Notes under the pieces: model-generated | What the model was told of the DNA's origin: nothing | What the model saw: the letters and a program-made list of their open reading frames with translations, nothing else | The model's database searches: none | Shown: piece after piece, positions 63,231 through 64,000 of the stretch | Numbering within the stretch: position 1 is the stretch's first letter | How the letters are laid out: each line of letters begins with the position of its first letter | Position numbers and translations under genes: made by a program | NCBI RefSeq assembly: GCF_009834535.1 | Contig: NC_045707.1 | Location: 49,788,001-49,852,000 of the forward strand | Source of the DNA: Camelus ferus | Lineage: Eukaryota | DNA length: 64,000 nucleotides | Reading direction: 5' to 3'

Positions 63231-64000
63231 AACCGGGGGACTGTGAGCGCGGATCCTGAGGGGCCTGCCTGCACCGGCCCAACGCCTGCGTTAACCCTTT
63301 AGGCGCTGCAACGGGAATCCCCGGAGTCTACAGGCCGACTAGCAGGAACAGAGATGGGGAGCCGAGGCCCGTTGGGGGTGTGGGCTGTCCTCCCCAAGGA
63401 GGCACTTCTGTCGTCCGGCGCCTGGTCAGGGCCCAGCATAGGCACCGAGTCCGTACGGAGTGGAGCAGAGATGCCGCGAGGAACCACTCAACTGTCCGCA
63501 GACGCGGGCGTCAGCTTAACCTGTCCTCGCCAGGAGTGCTCGCTCGCCGAGTCCACCCGCCCAGTTCCGGGGCTCTGGAGGGGCGCAGGCCCGGGGGTGG
63601 CTCGGACGGGGCCCCAGGTGAAGGGCGCTCGAGTTCGCCTGCGGCAGTCATCGCTCTCCAGCCTCCACAGTCGCGGGAGCCGCCCGGACCCGCACCGAAA
63701 CAGCAGCTGTGACTGACGAAGTCACCGCCCGGCGCGACCGAGCCACCCCCTCCTCCCCCGCCCCCGCCCCCCCCCCGCCCCGATACGTCATGGAAACACG
63801 GACGTCAGAGCCTCTCAGCCAATCCCTGGCAGCGGCCGGAGGAAAGGGGCGAGCGGGAGGGGGCGGGGGCAGAGGCCGGCCGAGGCGTTCGGCGAAGGAA
63901 GAGAGGGAGGGGCGCGCAGAGGCGCGGGTCCCCCGCCCCTCACTCGGGCCACCCTTTCCCCACCCCGCGGCAAGTTCTAATCGCCGGGGGCGCGCTCGAC
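63231..64000 (+). promoter_or_regulatory. CpG island promoter, copy 2 (5' part only; cut by window end)
   Basis: Near-identical to 34280-35046; CRE-like sites and CCAAT box retained. Confidence 0.95.

Larger units (their letters stand above)
48536..64000 (+). repeat. Segmental/tandem duplication, copy 2 (continues beyond window end)
   Basis: Same orientation as 19646-35046, with the same nested L1, MLT1 and Tigger insertions. Homology starts abruptly at ~48530-48536 inside gap-free sequence. Confidence 0.98.

Noticed and set aside
1..64000. CRISPR arrays, tRNA/rRNA genes, prokaryotic operons
   Set aside because: Mammalian DNA; no repeat-spacer array or structured RNA gene recognised.

Overview
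Placental-mammal genomic DNA, probably a camelid or other non-ruminant artiodactyl (inferred from the L1 3' ends and the absence of Alu, B1, Bov-tA/BovB and PRE-1 SINEs). It is mostly AT-rich intergenic/intronic sequence full of old repeats (L1, L2, MIR, MaLR/ERVL LTRs, hAT and Tigger relics), with one 100-N assembly gap. I recognise no multi-codon protein-coding exon; the supplied ORFs are chance ORFs or repeat-derived. The dominant structure is a direct tandem duplication with a period of about 28.9 kb: 19646-35046 recurs at 48536-64000 and runs off the window end. It duplicates about 15 kb of upstream DNA plus the CpG-island promoter of an unidentified + strand gene, whose putative first exons lie at 35.2-36.2 kb. 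The copies differ by about 3% over the first 11.5 kb (23 differences hand-counted in the first ~750 bp). They then become almost identical (about 6 differences in 3.9 kb) from ~31.18 kb into the promoter, which suggests gene conversion of a doubled promoter or an assembly chimera. Repeat family names come from recalled consensus motifs, not a database search, and repeat boundaries are approximate.
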